Below, one piece after another: positions 19,386-28,354 of a DNA stretch of 39,619 nucleotides (position 1 is its first letter; every line of letters begins with the position of its first letter). The notes beneath the pieces were generated by a model, which was not told the DNA's origin, did not search any database, and worked only from the letters and a program-made list of their open reading frames with translations. The DNA lies in the IMG/VR virus record IMGVR_UViG_3300048886_001068, positions 1 to 39,619 of that record. One strand, written 5' to 3'. The DNA comes from a virus (lineage: Duplodnaviria; Caudoviricetes). A program made the translations under genes and the position numbers.

Positions 19386-22154
19386 CTACTTTTTCTTATC
19401 TTTTTTATCTTCTTTTTTGGTTCCTTTTACATCATATTTATTCTTATTCTCTCTTGCTATCTGAAGATTTTTGTTTGCTATATCACGTTGAGTAGCTAAT
19501 TTCTCTCTATCAATGTTTAATTTTGACTTAGTATTTGAATCTTGAACAGCTGCCTGTTCTTTTTTGAAATTCATTTGCTCTCTATACTCATCTCTCTTAC
19601 GTATATCCTTCATAGCATCTTGAAAATCACTTTCTTGATTCTGATTAATATCTACTACTGATCCATATCCTGAAGCTCTTATCTCAGCAACAGTAATATC
19701 TTTTTGTATCTCAGCTTGTGTTTGCTCACTTTCAAATACTCTTTGTTTATCAGCTTCAGCAGCCTGTGCTTGTTGTTGTTCTTGTTGCATTTGTTGTTGT
19801 TGCTGTTGTTGTTGCTGTTGTTGCATTTGTGTTTTTAATTCTGCATCTTTAAGTATATCAGTAACCTCAGCAATTGAATCTGCTTTGATTACACTGCCAA
19901 GATCATAAATACTAGCACCTGTAGTATTATTAGTTAGTGCCATTTGTTTTAATTGTTCAAGAGTAGCTCTATGATTAGTTTTAGTTGTACAGAAAATATT
20001 AAAATCTCTCATTAATAAGTCTTTCCCATTAATAGTAAAATTAACTTTTTCAGCTTCAGTAGTCATATAAGTTAATCTAATAGATGGATTTGTACTATTA
20101 TAATGTTGTGCAAGATCAGTTCTCATTTGTTGAACTCTTGGCATAAGATAATCAGAATGTTGTACAAAATACATTTCTGTTTGTGCATAAGATTGTTGCA
20201 TAGCTTGCGTAATACCTGTTGCAGTAGCATGTTGATCAATTGGAGCTCCTAATCTTTGTGCATTAATACCAATAGCCTCAAAAGCTTGAGATTTAAAATG
20301 ATTAGCTAATTGTATTCTAGACATTAATCTATTAGTTTGTTCTAGATTTAGTGTCTGATAATGATTAAAGTTTGTTGCATTCTCTGTATTTGTAATAGAA
20401 GTATCTAAAGGCATCATACCAAAATCCTTCATTGCTACATATGCTTTAGCAAGATTATTCTTACCCCAATCTTCACCCATTGAATGACGTGGTAATGCGT
20501 TTTGATCAAACATAATAACAGTACCTAACTCATCTACTAAGATATCTGCTATCTGATTATTAACCATATTATATCCTACTTGATATGGCTTCATCAAATC
20601 AACAAGAGATGTAGATCTTGTATTTCTATCTGAAAATACACGTCCTTCTACTGGAAGTTTACATCCATATAGAGAAGTATCTCCCTTAAATTGATATGGT
20701 ACTTTTCCTGGTTGTGTTCTATCAATTCCTAAATATATTGGATTAAGTATTTCTGATTCTTTTTTCCAACTAATTGGTGCATTAAGACCAATTTTTACTC
20801 CTCCCCATACTTCATTAATCCAAAACCAATCAATATGTTCACCTGTTATAAGATTATCTTTTGTCTTTTGTTTAAATAAGTTTGTATTATATATTGGTTT
20901 TTCTGATATTTTATATGTTTCATCTACAATAGCCTGTATTATTTCTCCTTCTTCTGTTATTCTCATAAGATGCCCCACTTTTCTTTGAGTTTTCCAATAT
21001 ACTGTTGTAACTCTCATCATATCAGAATCACCCCAATCATATACATCATGACCTTCATTTAATATCCAATTAACAATATCAGCACCTTCTGTTGGAGCAT
21101 TCTCCCAATTACTTAAGAATTGTCTATATGCCAACCCTGGTTGTTTTACATTCCATTCATGTGTTTGTGAAGGATCATAATATGAACCATCATTTTGCAT
21201 TCCTCTAAGTAAATATTTAGCAGCTCGTATAGGATAATTTTTTTGTAATGATTGTAATTGATCATCATCCATCAAATATCCATACTTATCAATTACATCA
21301 GCAACAGTAAGCATATCACACTTTCCAACAAAATTTGAATCTGCAATATATCTAGAATCTGGAGATTTCTGATAAAATGTTAATGCTGGATTCCATAACT
21401 CAACATCATAATCATCCTCATTCATTTTAAAATGCCAGAATTCTCTATCACAAACAAGCATATCTCTAAATCCTCTTTCTTCTAGTTCATTTAATTTAAA
21501 TCTTTCTTCATCAACATTTAATTGATGAGAAGCCCATTCTTCAACTAAACTTCTATAATCCTTAGAAAAGAAATCTTCAATTTCAGGAAGTGTTTTTAAA
21601 TTTTGTGGAGATAATTGTTCTTGAACTTCTTCTGATTCAGGATCAGCACCCTGCTGAATCATCTCAAACATTAGATTATTATGTGCATCAGTTAATAGAT
21701 TCTCTTCAATCATTGATCTTTTTTGTTCCAGCATCTCATTATAAGATGTATCATCTACAGCTCTAAATTGTACCTTATTAAATCTTTTTGCAAATTCTCC
21801 ACATAAAACATTTATAACATTAGGAACTATTGGATAAAATTTAAGTTCTAAGGCACTACTATCTTCCTTTGTTAGAACATCCATTAATTCTCCATACTCA
21901 TTATCTTCTTCTACAATATAATCTGTTTTATCAATAATACCCTTTGCAAGTTTATAGTTCTTAAGAATTCTTCTTGCATTTCTTCTAAGTTGATCCATTC
22001 CTCTCATTTCAAACCAGTCTAAATTCCATTCAGTCCACCCTTTATCTTTCTTTTTAGCTGATATAAATTGTAATGGTTGTGTAAGAGATCCATTTACAGC
22101 TGTTTCTGTAGCTTTGGCTCCCTTCTTTAATTGCATTGCACTAAGTACCTTCAT
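19386..22154 (-). CDS. portal protein
   Basis: 922 aa after the terminase; FYPIVPNVINVLCGE..KR, WINEVW.G.KI, SLVDLMKPYQ..YN, GI..QRLG motifs; Gln-rich coiled-coil tail. Confidence 0.9.
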   Translation of the reverse strand: MKVLSAMQLKKGAKATETAVNGSLTQPLQFISAKKKDKGWTEWNLDWFEMRGMDQLRRNARRILKNYKLAKGIIDKTDYIVEEDNEYGELMDVLTKEDSSALELKFYPIVPNVINVLCGEFAKRFNKVQFRAVDDTSYNEMLEQKRSMIEENLLTDAHNNLMFEMIQQGADPESEEVQEQLSPQNLKTLPEIEDFFSKDYRSLVEEWASHQLNVDEERFKLNELEERGFRDMLVCDREFWHFKMNEDDYDVELWNPALTFYQKSPDSRYIADSNFVGKCDMLTVADVIDKYGYLMDDDQLQSLQKNYPIRAAKYLLRGMQNDGSYYDPSQTHEWNVKQPGLAYRQFLSNWENAPTEGADIVNWILNEGHDVYDWGDSDMMRVTTVYWKTQRKVGHLMRITEEGEIIQAIVDETYKISEKPIYNTNLFKQKTKDNLITGEHIDWFWINEVWGGVKIGLNAPISWKKESEILNPIYLGIDRTQPGKVPYQFKGDTSLYGCKLPVEGRVFSDRNTRSTSLVDLMKPYQVGYNMVNNQIADILVDELGTVIMFDQNALPRHSMGEDWGKNNLAKAYVAMKDFGMMPLDTSITNTENATNFNHYQTLNLEQTNRLMSRIQLANHFKSQAFEAIGINAQRLGAPIDQHATATGITQAMQQSYAQTEMYFVQHSDYLMPRVQQMRTDLAQHYNSTNPSIRLTYMTTEAEKVNFTINGKDLLMRDFNIFCTTKTNHRATLEQLKQMALTNNTTGASIYDLGSVIKADSIAEVTDILKDAELKTQMQQQQQQQQQQQMQQEQQQAQAAEADKQRVFESEQTQAEIQKDITVAEIRASGYGSVVDINQNQESDFQDAMKDIRKRDEYREQMNFKKEQAAVQDSNTKSKLNIDREKLATQRDIANKNLQIARENKNKYDVKGTKKEDKKDKKK

Positions 22155-22160
22155 AATAAT

Positions 22161-22271
22161 CTATTCTATTTCTATAATTTCTGAACTTACAAGTTCTCTA
22201 CATTCTTCAACATAATCATATACGAAAAATGAAAAAGGCCATGTACATGTTGTGACATATTTTATATACAT
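22161..22271 (-). CDS. small hypothetical protein (36 aa; not in ORF track)
   Basis: MYIKYVTTCTWPFSFFVYDYVEECRELVSSEIIEIE; ATG overlaps the terminase stop (TAATG) and the ORF fills the terminase-portal gap. Confidence 0.5.
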   Translation of the reverse strand: MYIKYVTTCTWPFSFFVYDYVEECRELVSSEIIEIE

Positions 22272-24463
22272 TATTTAAAGTTTTTAAATGGAGATCTTTT
22301 TGCTCTACCTCCACTTGATTTGTTTTTGCCTAAATTTCTAAAAGGTCTCATAGATAATTTATACAAATTCTTTGAATTATCCAAGGTTTCTAACGACTTA
22401 TCTCTCTCTTTACGCTTAATATACCCTCTATTTGCCTGTTGCATCTTTGCAAATGCTACTAAAGCAGAAAAAGCAACAAGTCTATCTACATTCAATCCTG
22501 GAAAAAATTGTAACATCTCAGTTAGTAACATCTTATCAGGAATTCTTTCAACTCCATATGTTGTTTTTTTTACTTCACCATCATTATCTACTACTTCATC
22601 TATTGCTTCTCTTATAAACTCAATGGCATATGATACAAGATGACTTTTAAATAATGTACCTGTATTTTTCCATCCATATTCCTGAAATACATGCATATTA
22701 GATCCTAAATCTTTTAAAAAGACAATTTGTTGTCTAGGTACAAGATATTTTTGTTTTCTTTTAGCAATCATATGTTGAATAAATAAAGATATATTATTCT
22801 CAATAAGTGTCCATGCATTATACCATTCTATAATTAATTGTAACTGTTCATGAGTTTTATTTATATCATCATATCTACCACACCATGATGCAACAATTTT
22901 ATCACCCTCAACAAAAGTTTCTAAACCTTCAAGAGTTTCTTTTGTCACTTCTACAGGATTTTTATATACAAATATACTACATAAAGAATCTGATGTTGTA
23001 GTTTTTCCTTCAGAAACAGGGTCAATAGAAGCATAATATGTACCAAATGGTGGATCTTTAATAGGTCTTTCCCATACCACCAATATACCTGTCTTATCTT
23101 CTTGTTTTTTATTTACTGGAAAATCAGATATAGGTAATTTTTTAGATTTTGTTGCCTTAATACCATCTTCATCTTTCTCAAGTTTAATATATTCATAAGA
23201 ATATTCTTTTTCTTCAATCCTTCTTATTTGTTTTGTTATTAAACTTTGTGGAAATATTGATGCTTTTCTATACGCAAAAGCTTCTGCAATATTCATTGGT
23301 TTTTGAGAAATTCTCAATTGATATTGTTCTGGATTTAATTTTTTCTCCCAACTTGAACGTTCTTTTTTAATTGCCTTAAGTGCCTTTTTAATATCAGAAT
23401 TTCCATACTTATCAATAAAAGGTGGCATAGACCATTGTTCAGGAATAAATAAACCAGCAACTCCTATAGTCCCTTTATCATCCATTAAATCAGTTTCTAT
23501 TCCAAGTATACCATTTTCTTCAGGAAAAAGAATCATATTTTTAAGAGGATTACATTGATCTAAGTCACCTACAGACCCAGCAGCAATAAACATACCTGTT
23601 GTTAACATACCAGATGTCATAGCTGGTCTAATATATTCATATGTCTGATTCATCTTTGGTGCAATACCCGCTTCTTCATGAAAGAAATAAGTTACAGGAC
23701 CACCTACTCCTGTTGTTGCATTTTTTTCAAATGAACCACCTTGGATTTTAGATCTCAGTCCCTTAAAAGTTTTTCTATTATTTATTCTTACTTCAATCTT
23801 CTGTTCCCATAATAATACTTTATCAGGATTATTAGGTCTATACCATGCTGTATGTTCATTAAGAAATGTTTTATACTCATCTAAAAATTTCCATGAACCT
23901 TTATCATTAATATAATCTTTAAGAGCTGCCCCTATTTTTAATATTGAACCCTCCTCAAACCAGTACATATTAATCAATTTACCCATATGAAAATATGATG
24001 AAGCGATCTGTCTTTTCTTTAATATGGCAACATGTTTAAAAGATAACTCAGCTATCTGTTCATATATAGCCATGTGATATTGTGCATCTCTTACCTTAGC
24101 AAAACCGTATGCCTTTTCTTCTTTATCAAAAATAGGTAAAAAATTTAACCACATGTAATAATCTCTGGTTAAATACCATACATCTTTTTTCCCATGGTAT
24201 ATAACACCTTCTCTACATTTATTTTTTTGGTCTTCCCAATAAACATTAAAATCTTTTGACCTAAATGGTTTATCACAATAAAAACCTTGTTTATTAAATA
24301 TCTTAGCTTGTTTATTAAACTCTAATGCAGCCTTATCAAACTTATATTTTCCAGGTTCTTTAAATAAAGATTCTACAAACTCTTTAAACTCTTCTTGAGT
24401 TTTAAACTCAGTTGTAGACCAAATACCATCTTTATATGTGGGAATTGTTTTATAACTGATCAT
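22271..24463 (-). CDS. terL: terminase large subunit
   Basis: Walker A-like LKKRQIASSY, Walker B FFHEEAG, RNase H-like ASIDPV...IENN...DRLVAF; adjacent to the portal. Confidence 0.92.
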   Translation of the reverse strand: MISYKTIPTYKDGIWSTTEFKTQEEFKEFVESLFKEPGKYKFDKAALEFNKQAKIFNKQGFYCDKPFRSKDFNVYWEDQKNKCREGVIYHGKKDVWYLTRDYYMWLNFLPIFDKEEKAYGFAKVRDAQYHMAIYEQIAELSFKHVAILKKRQIASSYFHMGKLINMYWFEEGSILKIGAALKDYINDKGSWKFLDEYKTFLNEHTAWYRPNNPDKVLLWEQKIEVRINNRKTFKGLRSKIQGGSFEKNATTGVGGPVTYFFHEEAGIAPKMNQTYEYIRPAMTSGMLTTGMFIAAGSVGDLDQCNPLKNMILFPEENGILGIETDLMDDKGTIGVAGLFIPEQWSMPPFIDKYGNSDIKKALKAIKKERSSWEKKLNPEQYQLRISQKPMNIAEAFAYRKASIFPQSLITKQIRRIEEKEYSYEYIKLEKDEDGIKATKSKKLPISDFPVNKKQEDKTGILVVWERPIKDPPFGTYYASIDPVSEGKTTTSDSLCSIFVYKNPVEVTKETLEGLETFVEGDKIVASWCGRYDDINKTHEQLQLIIEWYNAWTLIENNISLFIQHMIAKRKQKYLVPRQQIVFLKDLGSNMHVFQEYGWKNTGTLFKSHLVSYAIEFIREAIDEVVDNDGEVKKTTYGVERIPDKMLLTEMLQFFPGLNVDRLVAFSALVAFAKMQQANRGYIKRKERDKSLETLDNSKNLYKLSMRPFRNLGKNKSSGGRAKRSPFKNFK

Positions 24464-24968
24464 ATGCTAGTCCCTGACCACCACGAACAGTGCTTTTCTG
24501 TTCTTCTTTCATATCATTATACGCCCCTTTAAAGGACTGTCTAATACCATCAAAATTTTTAGCAGCACTAACAAGTGAATTAATATTACCATCTCTTCCA
24601 TGTTCAATCTGAGTATGTTCCATATAATCAGCTAACTTATCTATCATAGCTTTTATTCCTCTATATGCTCTAAATGTAGGAGTTTCATATAATTGAGAAC
24701 ATTTATCAAGAGCATATATTATTTTTGGACATTCTAAAGACTCTTTCATATCTATTTCATCCAATATAAGTTCATCTTTATCTATCTCTGGAACATTAAA
24801 AAAAGGATTAATATCAGGATCAGGACATGTCATATAAAATAAGTACTTATAAACTTCAAGATATGTATCAGGATACTTATCCATAATAGATTTAAGAAAC
24901 TTAAGAGAATAACAATGTTCTGTTGGTATAACTTCATTATTTTGTACATCAAACAATTTTATTAACAT
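24450..24968 (-). CDS. conserved protein upstream of terL (possible terminase small subunit)
   Basis: Helical protein ending VRGG...AYD and overlapping the terL start; probable start is ATG 24968 (MLIKLFD) rather than 24989. Confidence 0.45.
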   Translation of the reverse strand: MLIKLFDVQNNEVIPTEHCYSLKFLKSIMDKYPDTYLEVYKYLFYMTCPDPDINPFFNVPEIDKDELILDEIDMKESLECPKIIYALDKCSQLYETPTFRAYRGIKAMIDKLADYMEHTQIEHGRDGNINSLVSAAKNFDGIRQSFKGAYNDMKEEQKSTVRGGQGLAYDQL

Positions 24969-25792
24969 AACGAGTTTTCTTTTAACCATCTGATTAATGA
25001 CTGTACTTCTTTCTTCATATATGGTATTTCATACATTTTAATATCTTCTATTACTGGATTTCCATCTAATTCTTTAGTAATTGGATACCCATATTCATCT
25101 TCTCCCACTTTCTCAAACTTAACATGCTGTATCAAAAGCTTACCTACTTTAAGTTGAGGATTATGTTTTAATATAATATGCATATATAGACTTAATTGTA
25201 AGTTATAGTGATTTAAGTTACAATCATCCAAATGACTAACAGGATTATACATTTTAGAAGTAATTCCTTCCCAATTTGTAAACCCTTTTTCTTTTATTTC
25301 TTTATTTGTTTTATAATCTGTAATGTTTACACGACCATTAACAATAGTAACTAAATCAGCTTGACCACATATACACGCAGATTTTAAGTATGCAAAGTGT
25401 TCTGGGTATACTCCATCACTTAATTCTTGAACAGGAGCTATTTTAATACCATTAGAATCAACAATAGGTTTAATAATAGGTACCTCTACCCCTTCACGTC
25501 CAATTGTCTTAAAATCAAGCATACTAGATTCTCTTTGATCATGATACCAATTACCTAATTTAATAGCTCTTTCAGTTTCTTTAGACCATATATCTGTAAC
25601 TTCTTTAGGTTTAAGTCCGTACCATTTTGAACGTTTATTCTTACAAGATTTTTTAGCTTGTAACTTAGCATTAAACTTAGGTTTAAACATACTTATAAAT
25701 GTAGTCACACTAGTCCATTTAAGTCCATCAGAATTTAGATTTTTATCTAAACTTTCATAGATATGTCCATTTTCTTTAAATATTACTGCCAT
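24962..25792 (-). CDS. PD-(D/E)xK nuclease (Cas4/RecB-like exonuclease)
   Basis: SVTT, G...H, GQADLV, ITDYKTNK, Y.LQLSLY motifs; a similar nuclease is commonly found near terL in crAss-like phages. Confidence 0.85.
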   Translation of the reverse strand: MAVIFKENGHIYESLDKNLNSDGLKWTSVTTFISMFKPKFNAKLQAKKSCKNKRSKWYGLKPKEVTDIWSKETERAIKLGNWYHDQRESSMLDFKTIGREGVEVPIIKPIVDSNGIKIAPVQELSDGVYPEHFAYLKSACICGQADLVTIVNGRVNITDYKTNKEIKEKGFTNWEGITSKMYNPVSHLDDCNLNHYNLQLSLYMHIILKHNPQLKVGKLLIQHVKFEKVGEDEYGYPITKELDGNPVIEDIKMYEIPYMKKEVQSLIRWLKENSLC

Positions 25793-26162
25793 CTTCTTCA
25801 GGTTTTAGCATTATCCCTGTATCATCTTTAGGTTTATAACCTATAACTTTTAATAATCTATCCTCTTCTTCTGCTGACATATAAGAAGGCCAATGACCTT
25901 TAGGACATGTTGTAGACATTGCTCTTAACTTAAATCCTAAACTACAACCACAATCAGAACAACAAGGATTAGTACCAGGGGCAACACAGCTTTTTCCTTC
26001 TATGTCAACAAGATCACAATTTTTACATATTGACCATCTATAATCTGCTATTCTTTCAATATAATGTTTTTTGAAGAGTTTATTTTTGATACCTTCATAC
26101 ACTTCATCCATATTTTTAACAGCATCAAATACTTTTCTCCATCTTGATTTTGTTTTTTTCAT
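25776..26162 (-). CDS. Cys-rich Zn-binding protein
   Basis: R..ICKNC...CSDCGCSL..K.R.....CPKGHW. Confidence 0.65.
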   Translation of the reverse strand: MKKTKSRWRKVFDAVKNMDEVYEGIKNKLFKKHYIERIADYRWSICKNCDLVDIEGKSCVAPGTNPCCSDCGCSLGFKLRAMSTTCPKGHWPSYMSAEEEDRLLKVIGYKPKDDTGIMLKPEEDGSNI

Positions 26163-26538
26163 TTTCTTTCCAGGTTTTTTTTGTTTCTAATTCATTTTTT
26201 ATCCTTTCAGCTGCATTTTCCATCTTTATTAACTTCTCTTTAACAGGAAGATGTCTTCCATATCCAGAATAGGTAATCTTTTCCATATTTCCTAACATAT
26301 CTTTATGTCTTTTAATTGCTCTATCTAATCTACCTTTTCTCATTACAAAAGTTCCTAAGTTAGGTAATAATATTTTAGTATGTTCTAACTTTATTAACTC
26401 TTTTCTAACCTCATTATAAAAGAATGTAATAAGATTATCAACTAAATCTGGATGTACTTTACATTCACTAGCAACTTCCTTAAATAAATCCTTATAACTT
26501 TTAGGATTTAATTGCTTATTCTTATCATTTATTTGCAT
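26125..26538 (-). CDS. HU/IHF-like DNA-binding protein
   Basis: Two N-terminal helices (LFKEVA..., LVDNLITFFY) followed by ILLPNLGTF; ATG at 26538 preferred over TTG at 26547. Confidence 0.6.
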   Translation of the reverse strand: MQINDKNKQLNPKSYKDLFKEVASECKVHPDLVDNLITFFYNEVRKELIKLEHTKILLPNLGTFVMRKGRLDRAIKRHKDMLGNMEKITYSGYGRHLPVKEKLIKMENAAERIKNELETKKTWKENEKNKIKMEKSI

Positions 26539-26583
26539 GAAGGCCAAATAACAACGATATTATTATCAGTCATATATATTCTA

Positions 26584-26937
26584 TTATGGATTAACACTTA
26601 AAATTTTAAAATCTAATAAGATATTACCAGAAGATTGTAATTTCATATCAGGATTAATAACTATATACTTATTATTTTTAACAATTAAATTCTTTTTCTT
26701 AGCTTTTTGTACAGCATTTCTAACAGATTGAGGACTCTTAAAAATTCCCATACCAGAAATATGTTTACAGAATGTAGTTAAATCTACACTTCCACTTTTA
26801 GCTAACTCAACTAGACAGTTTAAATCTGAAATACTTAATTGTAGATCATTAATGAAGCAGAAAGTGATGATCTGATACTTAATCACACCATCTTTCTGCA
26901 TCTTAATCTTCTTTTCTACTTTATTTACTATAGCCAT
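26584..26937 (-). CDS. winged-helix DNA-binding protein
   Basis: LS.SDL..L...SPQSVRNAVQKAKKKNLIVK....INP pattern typical of wHTH. Confidence 0.6.
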   Translation of the reverse strand: MAIVNKVEKKIKMQKDGVIKYQIITFCFINDLQLSISDLNCLVELAKSGSVDLTTFCKHISGMGIFKSPQSVRNAVQKAKKKNLIVKNNKYIVINPDMKLQSSGNILLDFKILSVNP

Positions 26938-27566
26938 GTTTTTGGTATTTCTTTACTTTCTAGTAGTGTATACGTAAAGTTATTACCCCATATATCTCTA
27001 GCTTTTCTCATAATTTTCATAAATAATCTCCAATCATCATTAGCTGCAATTACTTGACAACCAGCTGACCATCTATCTATTTGTGTAGATTTTTTACCAG
27101 CATTCTTATTAGCTCTATGAATATTGATACCAAACATGCCTGTTTCAATATTTTCACTATTTAGATTATAAATATCATCTCTATTATTATCTCTATAAAC
27201 ACTTACAGGATTTTGTTGTCCTAAAGCTTCATATTTACCTAGATGTTTTCTGATCTTATGAGATTTAGAATATTGCCCAGGTACAAGAACTGCTACTCCT
27301 TTTTCATCATTTATACAATTTTCAACCCAATGAGTTCCAGGATCTGTTGTACAGTCAAACTCATGATACTGCCACATACCATTATCATCTTTATAGGAGA
27401 CAGTCATTGCATCATCAAATCTATTTGTTACTTTATTATTAAATAAAGAGTTTCTAATGCCTACAATATTTACATTATACAAACCTTCTGTAAAGAATTT
27501 ATATCCCTTACGTTCCATTGCATTCTTAATACGAAAAGCATTTGCATTGAGAGAAGCACTAAACAT
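26928..27566 (-). CDS. putative endolysin, L,D-transpeptidase/YkuD-like Cys peptidase
   Basis: GINIHRA-x12-WSAGCQV matches the YkuD H..S.GC catalytic motif; NIVGIR, TTDPG, PGQY. True start is probably ATG 27566; the ORF-track extension to 27737 overlaps another gene. Confidence 0.6.
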   Translation of the reverse strand: MFSASLNANAFRIKNAMERKGYKFFTEGLYNVNIVGIRNSLFNNKVTNRFDDAMTVSYKDDNGMWQYHEFDCTTDPGTHWVENCINDEKGVAVLVPGQYSKSHKIRKHLGKYEALGQQNPVSVYRDNNRDDIYNLNSENIETGMFGINIHRANKNAGKKSTQIDRWSAGCQVIAANDDWRLFMKIMRKARDIWGNNFTYTLLESKEIPKTWL

Positions 27567-27897
27567 TAGACTCAACTTTCTTGAGCTTTCTTGTAGGTGG
27601 AGCATCATCCATACTAGAATCCCAATCTTCTTTTGCTTGAGAAGTCTCTTCTGATATTTCTTGGTTTTCTTCTGGACCAGCCATAGCTTGTGATAAGAAC
27701 ATTTGAGATTGAACTCTTTCAGCACGAGCTTTCTCAATATCTCTCAAAAGAGACTCATATTCTAACTGAACTTTAAGATGTTTAATGTTTTCTTTATACC
27801 AAGCTGTGATTTCAGCTCGTTTTGCCTCCATTTCTTTTTCAGTAGGAGGTACAGTGTTTGCATTTGGAGTTGCATTCTCTTTTGTTTCTTTTGCCAT
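27559..27897 (-). CDS. hypothetical coiled-coil protein
   Basis: 112 aa; preceded by a TATCTTTG promoter element; 3' end overlaps the next gene. Confidence 0.7.
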   Translation of the reverse strand: MAKETKENATPNANTVPPTEKEMEAKRAEITAWYKENIKHLKVQLEYESLLRDIEKARAERVQSQMFLSQAMAGPEENQEISEETSQAKEDWDSSMDDAPPTRKLKKVESNV

Positions 27898-27927
27898 TTC
27901 AATTTGGTTTTAATAATTAATATAATA

Positions 27928-27935
27928 CAAAGATA
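27928..27935 (-). promoter_or_regulatory. Bacteroidota-type -7 promoter element (TATCTTTG)
   Basis: Exact TAnnTTTG 30 nt upstream of the ATG at 27897, heading the lysin-terminase run of genes. Confidence 0.6.
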
Positions 27936-28005
27936 CAAAAAACTTTTAAATAATAAAAGTTTATTGAAATAAATTAAGTTTATCTCTAGTAATTATTTGG
28001 AAAAA

Positions 28006-28287
28006 TTAGGGTAATTCTTTTATGATATCTCTAAGTATAGCACATTTATCATATTCTTCTTCCTCAATGAAGTAGTCCATCATATTTTGCATGTTATTTT
28101 TATCTAATGGTTCATTAGGATCATGTGCTAATACTTTGTTTTCACTCTCTTCTAAGAATATTTTAAAAGTATTATTTCCTATTATTATATCAAATGAATT
28201 TCTAAATGCTTGATCTAATAACACATAGTCTGTTACCATCTTTTCCGTTTCATTTAGATCATCATAATTTTCTAGTGGATCATTCAT
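28006..28287 (-). CDS. small protein with C-terminal UVR (UvrB/UvrC) motif
   Basis: MDYFIEEEEYDKCAILRDII matches the E.YE.A..lRD UVR pattern. Confidence 0.6.
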   Translation of the reverse strand: MNDPLENYDDLNETEKMVTDYVLLDQAFRNSFDIIIGNNTFKIFLEESENKVLAHDPNEPLDKNNMQNMMDYFIEEEEYDKCAILRDIIKELP

Positions 28288-28304
28288 AATTATTCTTTTA
28301 GTTG

Positions 28305-28337
28305 CAAAGTTATAACTTTTTTATAATACATTCCAAA
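28305..28337 (-). promoter_or_regulatory. Bacteroidota housekeeping-type promoter TTTG-N21-TAACTTTG
   Basis: Both the -33 (TTTG, 28337-28334) and -7 (TAACTTTG, 28312-28305) elements are present with canonical spacing. Confidence 0.65.
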
Positions 28338-28354
28338 TATTTTGTTAACTATTT

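Noticed and set aside
19765-19830. CAA/CAG microsatellite as a phase-variation tract
   Set aside because: In-frame poly-Gln in the portal's coiled-coil tail, with mixed codons.
22271-24463. Intein or intron in terL
   Set aside because: Continuous ORF of ordinary crAss-like length; no intein splice motifs or homing endonuclease recognised.
24962-25792. Cas4 of a CRISPR system
   Set aside because: No Fe-S Cys cluster, other cas genes or array; fits the stand-alone phage PD-(D/E)xK nuclease.
26529-26573. 14-codon micro-ORF MTDNNIVVIWPSCK between the wHTH and HU-like genes
   Set aside because: Too short to support without conservation data.
27567-27737. N-terminal extension of the 269-aa ORF
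   Set aside because: It overlaps the 112-aa gene in another frame; ATG 27566 is the more plausible, coupled start.
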